Origin: Candidatus Bruticola papionis
GTDB lineage: Bacteria; Vulcanimicrobiota; Xenobia; Xenobiales; Xenobiaceae
Direction: 5' to 3'
NCBI GenBank assembly: GCA_002407045.1
Contig: DHKB01000011.1
Location: 6,906 to 70,905, forward strand
Length of the DNA stretch: 64,000 bases
This document shows, in pieces, positions 18,688 to 28,457 of this stretch (position 1 is the first letter of the stretch; every line of letters starts with the position of its first letter). The notes under the pieces were generated by a model that did no database searches, was not told where the DNA came from, and worked only from the letters and a program-made list of their open reading frames with translations. A program made the position numbers and the translations under genes.

Positions 18688-18921
18688 ATGTCTGTTGCTA
18701 AGCCGAAAAAGAACGCCCCAGCTAAATGCCGCAAATCCGGCGCTCCTATTGAAGGTCAGGATTGGGTCCGCATTGGCGGCGCCAGATGGCTCAGAGAAGT
18801 TGCCGTTAAAGAAGGCAAGTATATTCCCATTGAGTACCGTGAAGGTTATCAGCCCAAAAACAAACCCGCAGAAGCCGCTGTAGAGACTGCTGCCGAAGAA
18901 ACCCCTGCTACAGCAGAATAA
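18688..18921 (+). CDS. Small basic/acidic hypothetical protein upstream of the EF-G gene
   Basis: GGAGG-type RBS (ACGGAGGT) about 11 nt upstream of the ATG; 77 aa; no recognised family. Confidence 0.5.
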   Translation: MSVAKPKKNAPAKCRKSGAPIEGQDWVRIGGARWLREVAVKEGKYIPIEYREGYQPKNKPAEAAVETAAEETPATAE

Positions 18922-18955
18922 TTATTAAAACCCGCCCGGTACGGAGGGACCGCTA

Positions 18956-21028
18956 GTGAACATTTATTCCACAGAAAAGATTCGCAATATTGGCTTGTTC
19001 GGCCACCAGGGAGCCGGCAAAACTTCTTTAGCCGAAGCTTTGCTTTATTGCTCCGGCGTTATTGACAGACTCGGTAAAGTCGAAAATGGCAACACTGTCG
19101 CCGACTTTGATCCCGACGAAATCAAACGCGCTATGAGTGTATTTTCCGCCGTAGTTCCTATCGAGTGGAAAGAAAATAAAGTAAACATTATCGACACCCC
19201 AGGATTCTTTGACTTCGTGTCTGAGAGTCTCGGCGCCCTCAGAGTTGTCGACTGCGCCATTTTGGTAGCTGCTGCCAACTCCGGCACCGAAGTCGGTATG
19301 GAAAAAATTTGGGATTCTTGTGAAGCTCGTTCCAAAGCTCGCATCATGTTCGTCAACAAGATGGACAAAGAGAATGCCAACTTCCATCACTTAATGGATG
19401 AAGCCAAAGAGAAGCTCAAGGGCGCTCGCGTAGTACCTATCCAGCTTCCTATCGGCGCTGCTGAGAATTTCAGCGGTGTAGTAGACTTAATCGATCAGAA
19501 AGCCTACTCTTTTGACGCTAAGGGCGTACCCACCGAAATTGAAATTCCCGCCGACATGGCTGACGAAGTAGAAGAGCATCGTGAGCAACTCGTAGAGGCC
19601 GCTGCTGAAGCTACCGACGAGCTCACCGAAAAATTCTTTGAGGCCATGGAACTCTCTACCGAAGAGATTAAAACCGGTCTCAAGATCTTAATTGCTAACG
19701 GTTCCGTAGTTCCCGCTCTGTGCGGTTCTTCCGTAACTCTCAAAGGCATTAGCTTATTAGCCGACGCCGTTGTCAATTACGCTCCCGCTCCCACTGCCGT
19801 TTCTGTGGCTAAAGATGCCGATGGCAACGATGTAGAAATTGCTGCCGATTCCAAGGCTCCTGCCGTAGCTCTTATCTTTAAAACCAGCTCCGACCCCTAC
19901 GTAGGAAAGATTTCCTATATGCGCGTCTTCGCCGGAACTTTACGTCCCGATACCACCTTGCATAACTTAGCTCGCGGTATCGACGAAAAGATCGGCAATT
20001 TGCTCTCCATTCGCGGTAAGAGCCAAGAGAAAATCTCCGAAGCTCCCGCTGGTGATATCGTGGCCGTAGGTCGTTTAGGTGCTTCCGCTACCGGCGACAC
20101 CCTTTGCGACGCTTCTCGCAAAGTCACTCTTCCTGGATTAGATTTGCCTCGTCCTTTCTTCTCCAGAGCCATCAGAGCCAAGTCCAAGGCTGACGAAGAT
20201 AAGCTTTCCGCTAACTTGCAGCGCTTGCTCCAAGAAGATCCTACCCTCGAACTCGAGCGCGTGGAAGAGACTCACCAGAGCATTATCACCGGTATCGGTG
20301 ATGTTCAGCTCGACCTTTGCGTAGAGCGCCTCAAGAGAATGGGTGTGGACGTAGAGCTTTACGCCCGCAAGATTCCTTATCGTGAGACCCTCAAAGGTAA
20401 AGTTTCCGAAGAATACCGCCACAAGAAGCAAGCTGGTGGTCGCGGCCAGTTCGGTCAGGTAGCCATTGAAATTAGCGGTCTTCCTTCCGGCAGCGGTTTC
20501 GTCTTTGAAGACAACATCGTCGGCGGCGTAGTTTCCAAGAACTACATCCCCGCTGTAGAAAAAGGCGTACGCAAAGCTATGGAAAGCGGTATTTTGGCTG
20601 GCAACCCCGTAGTTGACGTAAAAGTTCGCCTCTACGACGGTAAGATGCACGAAGTAGACTCTTCCGATATGGCCTTCCAAATTGCCGGTATGCAAGCTTT
20701 CAAGAACGGCGCTCCTAAAGCTAAGCCCGTCATCTTAGAGCCTATCGTCAACGTTGAAGTTACCGTTCCCGATTCCTATATGGGCGACGTAATCGGCGAC
20801 CTCAACTCCAAGCGCGGTCGTATCAGCGGTATGGATCCTATTGGTAACGGTTTGCAATGCATTAAGGCCCAGGTTCCTTTGGCCGAAATGCAGCGCTACG
20901 CTATCGACTTACGCAGTATCACCCAGGGTCGCGGCTCCTTCATTATGGAATTTGACCACTACGAAGAGACCCCGCCTATGGTAGCCGAGCAAGTAATTGC
21001 CGAAGCTAAGGCTGCTGCTGAGAAATAG
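18956..21028 (+). CDS. fusA: Elongation factor G family GTPase, located outside an str operon
   Basis: GTG start. GTPase motifs GHQGAGKTS, DTPG and NKMD are present, with EF-G domains II-V throughout. Confidence 0.85.
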   Translation: MNIYSTEKIRNIGLFGHQGAGKTSLAEALLYCSGVIDRLGKVENGNTVADFDPDEIKRAMSVFSAVVPIEWKENKVNIIDTPGFFDFVSESLGALRVVDCAILVAAANSGTEVGMEKIWDSCEARSKARIMFVNKMDKENANFHHLMDEAKEKLKGARVVPIQLPIGAAENFSGVVDLIDQKAYSFDAKGVPTEIEIPADMADEVEEHREQLVEAAAEATDELTEKFFEAMELSTEEIKTGLKILIANGSVVPALCGSSVTLKGISLLADAVVNYAPAPTAVSVAKDADGNDVEIAADSKAPAVALIFKTSSDPYVGKISYMRVFAGTLRPDTTLHNLARGIDEKIGNLLSIRGKSQEKISEAPAGDIVAVGRLGASATGDTLCDASRKVTLPGLDLPRPFFSRAIRAKSKADEDKLSANLQRLLQEDPTLELERVEETHQSIITGIGDVQLDLCVERLKRMGVDVELYARKIPYRETLKGKVSEEYRHKKQAGGRGQFGQVAIEISGLPSGSGFVFEDNIVGGVVSKNYIPAVEKGVRKAMESGILAGNPVVDVKVRLYDGKMHEVDSSDMAFQIAGMQAFKNGAPKAKPVILEPIVNVEVTVPDSYMGDVIGDLNSKRGRISGMDPIGNGLQCIKAQVPLAEMQRYAIDLRSITQGRGSFIMEFDHYEETPPMVAEQVIAEAKAAAEK

Positions 21029-21047
21029 TTTTGCGATAAATAAGACA

Positions 21048-21095
21048 ATGAAGTTTCCCCTTTTTCCCTAGAGGTTGGGGAAACTTCATTTGTTA
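21048..21095 (+). terminator. Rho-independent terminator
   Basis: ATGAAGTTTCCCC (21048-21060) pairs with GGGGAAACTTCAT (21077-21089), followed by TTGTT. Confidence 0.65.
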
Positions 21096-21128
21096 AGGCG
21101 AGACTATCTTTTGCTTTTTAGCAAATAC

Positions 21129-21176
21129 AGCCCGGCCACTTAGGTATCTGAGTTTAGGCCGGGCTCGTTTTGTTTT
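21129..21176 (+). terminator. Second tandem terminator
   Basis: AGCCCGGCC (21129-21137) pairs with GGCCGGGCT (21157-21165), followed by CGTTTTGTTTT. Confidence 0.65.
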
Positions 21177-21328
21177 AGCCATGCGATCGTATGGTTATAG
21201 CAAATTTTAACTTTTCACTCGACACGTGGTAAGATTCGCCATTTTTAGCACGAAGGTTCCCTGGCAATTTAGCTTGCGGGAACATTTAATAATATAAAAT
21301 TTTAGCAGTATCTATTGCCAGGAGGTAA

Positions 21329-22930
21329 ATGGTGAGGCACGGATTAGGCATTGCCATCTTTTCAGTTCTATCAGCGGTATCTCTCTCAGTAATCGGTTGC
21401 GGAGGCACAGGCAGCGGTATGGGCGTGCTGGAACCCTTCCCCACCGGTACTAGCTCCACTCCCACTGGAACCTCTACTCCGGTTCCTCCTACTCCCGACG
21501 AGCCAGACAACGTAGCTTACGATGTCGTCAATAACAAAGATCTTCGCAATCCTGTTTATCAATATGTAGACGACAGCAACAATGTTTACACTGTTCAAGG
21601 CTTCACTGTCGGCGCTACGGGCATGAGCGATCAACAGTGCAAATATAGACTTTTGAAATATAGCACCACCGACAAAGAGGCCGATCCTCAGGAAGTTACT
21701 ATAAATATTCGCAATGCTAACGGCGGTTATACCAAAGGTGATTTAGCCAACCCCTACTATATCACTGGTATTATTGACAGCATGGGCACCGTAGAGGACA
21801 GAACTGACGATCGTCTCTATTTAGCCGTCACCGATTTGGGCACCACCAAAGCCGTCTATTTGATGGATCTTGGTGCTCGCGCAGAAGGTTGGAAAGAAGC
21901 TAGAGCCGTCAACGTATTTGACTGTGGAACTAATTTAAAAGCGACTTGTCCTCTGACTTGTTCATTTGGCAGCAGCAGTTTCAATCGCGAAGAAGATGCT
22001 ATCAACACCCTCTTCTACACCGATTATTCAGATACAGGCACAGTTAAGTTTATCGCTTTTGACGAAAAAATCTTTAATAATGGCAAGCCAACAGACAAAC
22101 TGAGTGGCAACGTTGCTAATTGCGGTAATGTCTTTACTGACTTGACCTTGAACTACCCCGCCGTAATAAAAGCCAACGAGGGCCCCTGGGTAACCGTAAC
22201 TTGCCAAGGTAACAGTAGAGTTTACTTCTTTGCCAACAATGACAGCTTGACTGATTTCAAAGGCGATAGCAAGTACCCCTTAGCCAACGTGCCTAAATAT
22301 GTGAACTACATTCAGCCTGAAAATGCACACCTTGATTTACAAAATCCCTATGATTTTGCCTGGGCTTCTGGTGTAGCTGATAATGAAGGAGAAGAAAGCC
22401 AGTATCTGACTATTGCCAGCGGTTTTGCTTTAGATAAATATGGCAAAGCCAGCTCTGCTTACGATAAAGGCGCCCTTTGGATTTACAAATTTGATAGCAC
22501 AAAGTATGCTGACAGTTTGCAAAACTTACGCAACAACGACGGTGAGTACACCCTTATCCTCGATGAGTTGCAATACCCAGTTAACGTTACCTTTACCAAT
22601 CCTTTGGATCAGAGTGACAAACGTTATTTAGATATTGCCTATTTAACTACCGGAACTAGCACCAGTTACAATGTCAAAGATTTGCGAGGCACGCTTAGTT
22701 TCTGCCGCTACGATGCTAAGAGCAAAAAGCTTGTCAACAAATCTGATGTTGATCTCTTGGAAAAGATTGCTGATCCTTTCGGTTTGGTAGCTCTTCCCGG
22801 TACCTTGGCAGAAAGCTCATATCCCGTTCAGTTCTTGTTTACCACTCACTGGAACTGGAATATCGACTTTACTGAAAAGAGCCATATCTACTCTTACAGT
22901 AAAACAATCAATTTGGAAGCTGGCGAATAA
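21329..22930 (+). CDS. Lipoprotein of unknown function
   Basis: AGGAGG RBS, a signal peptide with lipobox LSVIGC, then a Thr/Pro/Ser linker; 533 aa. Confidence 0.65.
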   Translation: MVRHGLGIAIFSVLSAVSLSVIGCGGTGSGMGVLEPFPTGTSSTPTGTSTPVPPTPDEPDNVAYDVVNNKDLRNPVYQYVDDSNNVYTVQGFTVGATGMSDQQCKYRLLKYSTTDKEADPQEVTINIRNANGGYTKGDLANPYYITGIIDSMGTVEDRTDDRLYLAVTDLGTTKAVYLMDLGARAEGWKEARAVNVFDCGTNLKATCPLTCSFGSSSFNREEDAINTLFYTDYSDTGTVKFIAFDEKIFNNGKPTDKLSGNVANCGNVFTDLTLNYPAVIKANEGPWVTVTCQGNSRVYFFANNDSLTDFKGDSKYPLANVPKYVNYIQPENAHLDLQNPYDFAWASGVADNEGEESQYLTIASGFALDKYGKASSAYDKGALWIYKFDSTKYADSLQNLRNNDGEYTLILDELQYPVNVTFTNPLDQSDKRYLDIAYLTTGTSTSYNVKDLRGTLSFCRYDAKSKKLVNKSDVDLLEKIADPFGLVALPGTLAESSYPVQFLFTTHWNWNIDFTEKSHIYSYSKTINLEAGE

Positions 22931-23242
22931 ATAGTTCGAAATTTCGAATTATTTCTGACATCTAAGAGCGCTCTTCCTCCCCAAAAAAGAGGCGAGCGCT
23001 CTTGCTTTATGCCGATTTTAAGATTCAATTAAGCAAAAAGGAAGAATTAGCCCCTTACAAAACTTAGTATTAACCCTAGATTATTAAATTTTTAGTGGGA
23101 TAATACGTAAATTAGTATAATCTTACGTTGTAGCGTTTTTTGCCATAGGTTAAGACAAGGATCTTTAGCTAAATGGCTTCCCTCGAAAACGCGATTCAGA
23201 TAGATGCAAGATGCGGCGTGATGCTGCCTAAGAGAGAGAGCT

Positions 23243-23938
23243 ATGGTAAAATTTGTTAAAATTATAGTAGTTTTTGCAGTATTGCTGTGGGTTGTCAACA
23301 TGTTCTTCGGTTCCGATACGAACACGGGCTCATTTGTTGGCAAAAGGGATGTGACAGCCCTCTTCTCTAAAGACTTAGCCCAAAAAGTAAAGCAAGGCCA
23401 CCTCGTTATCGTAGATAAAGACGAAAGTGACAAATACATCCAAGAAGATTTGGCCACCCACGACTTGGTAAAAGCTATGACTTTTGCTCGTTATAAGAGC
23501 GAAGTTCTGGAGCAGCCTCTTTACATAGAAAATGAGAAGACCTTCGGCGACAGTGCGGTAGTAGCGAAAGTAGATCCTTCAGATCGCCAAGCTTGGCAGC
23601 ATTTAGTGCTTTTGGAAATTGATCTTAAGGCTGCCTACGAAAAGCGCAACCCCAAAGACTTGGACGGCTACATGAGCGAAAAAGCTCTCGACGTCAAACG
23701 CGTTCCCCAAACTATGCAAGAGTTTATTGCCAAATATCCCAACTCTTTTGTAGTGACTACAGCTTTGGCCCACATCGAGTATAGCCTTTGCGACGCTCAA
23801 AATAAGGCTACACAAGCCATCCAAATTTATGACAAACTGGCTGCCAAGTATCCTAACAGCGAAGTCCTGAAAGAATACTTACCCCAGTATAAAGAGAGAG
23901 CTGCTGCCAAGCTTTCCAGTAAAGTGGCTATGCTCTAG
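23243..23938 (+). CDS. Membrane-anchored hypothetical protein
   Basis: N-terminal TM segment (IIVVFAVLLWVVNMFF) and a helical, TPR-like C-terminal part. Confidence 0.55.
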   Translation: MVKFVKIIVVFAVLLWVVNMFFGSDTNTGSFVGKRDVTALFSKDLAQKVKQGHLVIVDKDESDKYIQEDLATHDLVKAMTFARYKSEVLEQPLYIENEKTFGDSAVVAKVDPSDRQAWQHLVLLEIDLKAAYEKRNPKDLDGYMSEKALDVKRVPQTMQEFIAKYPNSFVVTTALAHIEYSLCDAQNKATQAIQIYDKLAAKYPNSEVLKEYLPQYKERAAAKLSSKVAML

Positions 23939-23955
23939 TCAGTGTAGAAAAAAAA

Positions 23956-24007
23956 TTATCAATAAAAAAAGACCATCCACAAAAGGATGGTCTTTTTTTA
24001 TTGATAA
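23956..24007. terminator. Bidirectional terminator, a perfect 23-bp-arm palindrome
   Basis: TTATCAATAAAAAAAGACCATCC (23956-23978), loop ACAAAA, then GGATGGTCTTTTTTTATTGATAA (23985-24007). It lies between convergent genes. Confidence 0.85.
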
Positions 24008-24060
24008 GCTAAAACAGTTTTGATAACTTCAAAGGCTGTCAAAAGATATTTTGCAAGAAG

Positions 24061-24438
24061 CTAGATATCAGCCACCCACAAACCGTGCAAGTTACAATAA
24101 GCATAAACACGCACAGGCTTGTCGTCTACCAATTCAAAAACGACTTTAGGCTCTTCGCCGGGTTTTATAGTCTTGCGCTGGCCGCCTTTTTCTGTTTCCA
24201 AGTAGACCCAGGGAATGTAATGCGTAGGAATAGAAGGATGCAATACGCTGCCAACTTGGACTTCTACACGGTTGCCTTTAATTGTAACAGCCGGAACGTG
24301 CTTTTCTTTAGAAGCGTCTACAGAACCAGCTTCAAGGCGCTCCATAGGATGACCATTACATACTAATTCAGCCTTAATTGGCTCCATGGCTCCAACAATA
24401 GCTCCGCACTCACGACAAATATAGAATTCTCTACCCAT
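24061..24438 (-). CDS. Superoxide reductase (desulfoferrodoxin-type) with a 3-Cys N-terminal domain
   Basis: Center II motifs EKHVPAV, H-x-x-H and CNLHGLW are present. The N-terminus has C-x2-C-x15-C-N in place of the usual C-x2-C-x15-CC. The start is the ATG at 24436-24438, downstream of an AAGGAGG RBS. Confidence 0.8.
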   Translation of the reverse strand: MGREFYICRECGAIVGAMEPIKAELVCNGHPMERLEAGSVDASKEKHVPAVTIKGNRVEVQVGSVLHPSIPTHYIPWVYLETEKGGQRKTIKPGEEPKVVFELVDDKPVRVYAYCNLHGLWVADI

Positions 24439-24550
24439 ATTATCTACCACACCTCCTTAAAGCATAAAAGCCTACGGCTTTATCTCTTCCCCCACACTCT
24501 AACTATTTAAGCACTTGCGCACATAACCTTCATTTTTTTGCAATTTATTA

Positions 24551-25366
24551 TCAAATAAAGATGCGTTTCCACCAAGGCAAATTGGCTCTGCGCTCAGCAT
24601 CCTCCAACCTAACAGCCAGCTGGTTAGCCCTCATTTCGGCTTCTTTCTTACTCTCATTGGCTACTTCAATTTTAGCTCCCAAACGCAAAATTTCACGTTG
24701 AGCTTCATCTAAATCTTTAACCATAGCCTGAAGCTTTTCGTCTTTTTCTTTATCCTTCTGAGTACCATCAGTTAAAAGGCGCTGTACTTGTTCCAGTTGG
24801 CTTTGCATATAGCCAAGACGCATAACAGCTGCTTCATGACGCTCTAAAGGTACACTGGTAGGGAAATTGGGCTCGGGAGCAGGTTCGGCATTTTGAGTTT
24901 CTTCTCCAGAAGCATCATCTTCAGGTTCCTCAGAAGCTTCTATATACTCAAAAGAAGCTGCCGAAGGCTTGTCTTCCGCAACATTTTTAGCCTCATTTTC
25001 GCTTTCTTTGGCTAACTCATCTCTACCCAAAGACATACTTTCCAGATTGTCTTCAAAATAGTCTTCCCTACTGCGCCTAGCCCCACGTACACGCGTCCAA
25101 GCTCCAGAAGTGCTATTGTTATTTCCGTCTAAAAATTTGGCAACTTCACTTTCGGGAATACGTACTCCACCTCTACCTACGCCCTCTTGAGAGGCCACTC
25201 GCCCCTGACTTACGTAACGATAGACTTGGCGCTCGGTTTTTCCTATAGCGGCTGCGAACTCTGTTACCGAAAGAAGTCGATTACTATTTGATTCTGTTGT
25301 CGATACGCTATTCATAACCCGCGCAACATTGTACAAAAAGAACGGTCTTTCCTTCCCTGAGGCCAT
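24551..25366 (-). CDS. HTH (excisionase/MerR-like) DNA-binding protein with an acidic linker and a coiled-coil C-terminus
   Basis: LLSVTEFAAAIGKTERQVYRYVSQGRV, then a long Glu/Asp-rich segment, then heptad-like LEQVQRLL...LRLGAKIE. The start is uncertain; an alternative ATG is at 25315. Confidence 0.6.
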   Translation of the reverse strand: MASGKERPFFLYNVARVMNSVSTTESNSNRLLSVTEFAAAIGKTERQVYRYVSQGRVASQEGVGRGGVRIPESEVAKFLDGNNNSTSGAWTRVRGARRSREDYFEDNLESMSLGRDELAKESENEAKNVAEDKPSAASFEYIEASEEPEDDASGEETQNAEPAPEPNFPTSVPLERHEAAVMRLGYMQSQLEQVQRLLTDGTQKDKEKDEKLQAMVKDLDEAQREILRLGAKIEVANESKKEAEMRANQLAVRLEDAERRANLPWWKRIFI

Positions 25367-25637
25367 CTAGGCCAGCTCAAAAACTACGACCAAGCCGAGC
25401 TTTTTTTGACTACCAATGTAAAGAGTTCATGGTAATCATTCCGCACATTTAATTAAGCAAAAGGTGGAGATAAACGTAAATTGTAAGCACAATCATACTT
25501 TTGTTGACATAATGTTCACATTTTAAATAAGAATTGACGTCTATCTAATGATAATATGATTAGGAAGTTGTTTTGTAAAAGATTACTACTGAGAATCAAT
25601 CTCATTAGTTCTCCCGCTACTGAAAGGAGTTTCACTA

Positions 25638-26939
25638 ATGGAAATTCGTCCAACTATGAGCGCTCCTACTTCGCAGATTTACACCAGTGCGAAGTCCGCT
25701 CCTACCCAGGCCCCCGTTGAGAAGCAGCCCGAAGAAACCTTCGTCGCTTCCTCTAACAACGGTCCTGTCAACTTAATCATCACCAACAGCGACAAAGCTA
25801 AGTTGGAAGAGATGCGCGCTTCTATTCTCGCTCAGAACCCCGAGAACCAAGTAACCGCCGAGCTTCCTTTGGTAAACGGCTTTGCTGTAACCGTCAACCC
25901 TTCCGCCGACGGTACCCTTCTTCCCAACTTGGCTAAAGCCAACGAAGAAGGCAACAGAATTTTCATGGATGCCCAGATTGGCATTCCTAAAAACGAGATG
26001 GTGGAGCTCGAGGACACTTTCCGTCCTTTGATGGATAATGCCAACGTCACTTTAGGCGTAGACAAACTCCACGATCAGGGTATCACCGGTAAGGGCGTAA
26101 CCGTATGCGTTATCGACACCGGTATTGCTCAGCACCCCGACTTCGAAGGTCGTATCGTTGGCTTCAAAGATATGGTCAACGGCCGCACCGAGCCCTATGA
26201 CGATCAGGGCCACGGCACTCACTGCACCGGTATCTGCGCCGGTAGCGGTAAGACCTCCAAGGGCAAATACACCGGCGTAGCTCCCGAAGCCAATATCGTC
26301 GGCGTAAAAGTTTTGGACCGCAACGGTTCCGGTTCTCTCTCCAACGTTATCAAAGGCGTACAATGGGCTGTTGAGAACAAAGATAAATTAGACATCGACG
26401 TCATCAGCATGTCTTTGGGCGGCTACGTTTCCCAGAGCTACAAAGATGACCCCGTAGTACAAGCTGTTGAAGCCGCTCACGCTGCTGGTATCAGCTGCGT
26501 AGTAGCCGCCGGTAACGAAGGCCCCGGCTCCGGCACCATCGGTTCTCCCGGTAACGCTCCTCACGCCATCACCGTAGGCGCTTTGGACGACAAGGGCACC
26601 GAAGATCGTTCCGACGACGATTTGGCTTACTTCTCCAGCCGTGGTCCCAGCCGCATCGACAAGCTCGAGAAACCCGACATCTTAGCTCCTGGCGTAGACA
26701 TCACCGCTGCTTCCCACAAGGGTAAAGGTTATGTAACTATGTCTGGTACCTCCATGGCCACTCCTTTCGCCGCCGGCGTAGACGTGCTCATGCACCAGGT
26801 AAAACCCAACATCAGCCCCGATCAGGTCAAAGAGATCATGATGAAGAATGCTGATGCTCTCGAAGGCGTAAGCAAATTCGAGCAAGGTAAAGGCGTTATC
26901 GATCCTCAAGAGAACATCGAGTTCTTGCTTGGTAAGTAA
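25638..26939 (+). CDS. Subtilisin-like serine protease (S8) with an N-terminal propeptide-like region
   Basis: Catalytic triad motifs VCVIDTGI, HGTHCTG and GTSMATP. Confidence 0.9.
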   Translation: MEIRPTMSAPTSQIYTSAKSAPTQAPVEKQPEETFVASSNNGPVNLIITNSDKAKLEEMRASILAQNPENQVTAELPLVNGFAVTVNPSADGTLLPNLAKANEEGNRIFMDAQIGIPKNEMVELEDTFRPLMDNANVTLGVDKLHDQGITGKGVTVCVIDTGIAQHPDFEGRIVGFKDMVNGRTEPYDDQGHGTHCTGICAGSGKTSKGKYTGVAPEANIVGVKVLDRNGSGSLSNVIKGVQWAVENKDKLDIDVISMSLGGYVSQSYKDDPVVQAVEAAHAAGISCVVAAGNEGPGSGTIGSPGNAPHAITVGALDDKGTEDRSDDDLAYFSSRGPSRIDKLEKPDILAPGVDITAASHKGKGYVTMSGTSMATPFAAGVDVLMHQVKPNISPDQVKEIMMKNADALEGVSKFEQGKGVIDPQENIEFLLGK

Positions 26940-26984
26940 TAGCCTAACCGCTAAGGCAGCTTAGGCTGCCGTCTTAAAAAAAGA

Positions 26985-27020
26985 AGAGGCAATCTTAAAC
27001 AGGGTTGCCTCTTTTTTTTA
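26985..27020 (+). terminator. Rho-independent terminator
   Basis: AGAGGCAA (26985-26992) pairs with TTGCCTCT (27005-27012), followed by a T8 run. Confidence 0.75.
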
Positions 27021-27223
27021 CTTTATTTCATATAGTCTGAAGCGAATTGTCATTTTTAGATTTCTTAGATTTTTGCTTTATTTGTTGCCAAAAATCACCT
27101 TCAATTTAAAACACAAATAGCCCCGACTCTAAAACAAGCCGGAGCTATCTCAATTCTGCAGCCTTTCAAAATATTAGCCTAAAAATACGCTAAATAAAAA
27201 GAAAGTCTAGAGCTAGACGTCTA

Positions 27224-27481
27224 TTAGTGCTGCTGCAAAACGTAAGAAACGAGAATAGAGAGAACAACAAAAGCAATGGCAAAATAATTGCCAGCAGTCT
27301 TTAAGTTTTCCTCAAAGCTCTTTTTGCCCTGATATTTGTGGTCGACAGCAGAACTTCCACCGCCCAGCATACCTTGTAAGCCGCCCTGTTTTTGCTCTTG
27401 GCTCATAACAATACCAGTTAAGCAAAGGCAAACCATCAAATAGCAAAACATCAATATATACTGCACAACATTCAGCTTCAT
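27224..27481 (-). CDS. secG: Preprotein translocase subunit SecG
   Basis: It lies downstream of tpiA, as in many bacteria. Layout is TM, then QEQKQGGLQGMLGGG loop, then TM. I chose the start at MKLNVVQY (ATG 27479-27481). The Ala-rich upstream extension of the track ORF looks non-coding. Confidence 0.7.
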   Translation of the reverse strand: MKLNVVQYILMFCYLMVCLCLTGIVMSQEQKQGGLQGMLGGGSSAVDHKYQGKKSFEENLKTAGNYFAIAFVVLSILVSYVLQQH

Positions 27482-27627
27482 AACAGCAGGAGCAGAAGCA
27501 GCAGCATCAGGAGCGGCGGCAGCGGTAGCAGCGGCGGCTCCTCCAGGCACAGCTTGGCCCAAGAAAGACCAAATGCTCAAACAGACGTCTAAATACATTA
27601 TTCCAATTCCTAATCCAAAAGTAAGAA

Positions 27628-28380
27628 CTAATAGCGAACAATCTGGGCAAAGCTGTCAGCTTTGAGGCTGGCTCCACCGACTAAAGCTCCATCGATATCA
27701 CTGCAAGCCATAAAACCAGCCACGTTGTTAGGTTTTACGCTGCCGCCATAAAGCAAGCGAACCTTGTCAGCGATTTCCTGTCCAAAAATTTCGGCCAAGG
27801 TTTTGCGTAACAAGATCATAATCTCGTTAGCTCCTTCAGGAGTATCAGTTTTGCCCGTGCCAATAGCCCAAATAGGCTCATAAGCGATAACTAACTGACT
27901 GCCGTCTTTTATTTCCAAACCTTTGAGAGCACCGCGCAACTGGCCGGTGACTACCTCGGCAGTCTTATCTTCTTCACGCTGAGCTAAGCTTTCACCTACA
28001 CAAAGAATAGGAATAAGGTTGTGAGAAACTGCAGCAGCGACTTTAGCAGCACAAGTCTGATCAGTTTCACCGAACATAGCTCTGCGCTCTGAGTGGCCAA
28101 CAATGACCATACGACAGCCGACATCCAAGAGCATGGGAGCAGAAACTTCACCGGTAAAAGCACCGGAATCTTTCCAATAAAGATCCTGAGCTCCTAAATA
28201 GACGTTTTTGCGTCCTTCAACTAATTTTTCAATATCGGCTAAAAGGTGGAAAGGAGGACAAATAGCGATATCGCGATCCTTGACATCACTTACCTGAGCC
28301 ATAAGCTCATTAACTAAATCGTTGGCATCTTTACGAGCCATATTCATTTTCCAGTTAGCTGCTAAAAGCGGAACGCGCAT
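27628..28380 (-). CDS. tpiA: Triose-phosphate isomerase
   Basis: AANWKMN, VGHSERR and AYEPIWAIGTGK. Start is the ATG at 28378-28380 with a GGAGG RBS. Confidence 0.93.
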   Translation of the reverse strand: MRVPLLAANWKMNMARKDANDLVNELMAQVSDVKDRDIAICPPFHLLADIEKLVEGRKNVYLGAQDLYWKDSGAFTGEVSAPMLLDVGCRMVIVGHSERRAMFGETDQTCAAKVAAAVSHNLIPILCVGESLAQREEDKTAEVVTGQLRGALKGLEIKDGSQLVIAYEPIWAIGTGKTDTPEGANEIMILLRKTLAEIFGQEIADKVRLLYGGSVKPNNVAGFMACSDIDGALVGGASLKADSFAQIVRY

Positions 28381-28457
28381 AAAACCTCCAAAATCTAAAA
28401 AATGATAGCAAGACCGAAGCAAACGGTCAAGCTATCAAAAGGACTAAAGATATAACC

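Noticed and set aside
20138-20695. 185-aa ORF antisense to the EF-G gene (also 19028-19390 and 19045-19380)
   Set aside because: They lie entirely within and opposite a high-confidence conserved gene, so they are a typical antisense artefact.
27482-27598. Ala-rich N-terminal extension of the secG ORF
   Set aside because: It is low-complexity GGAAAATAAAAPDAAASAPA. SecG homologs begin at the first TM helix (MKLNVVQY...).
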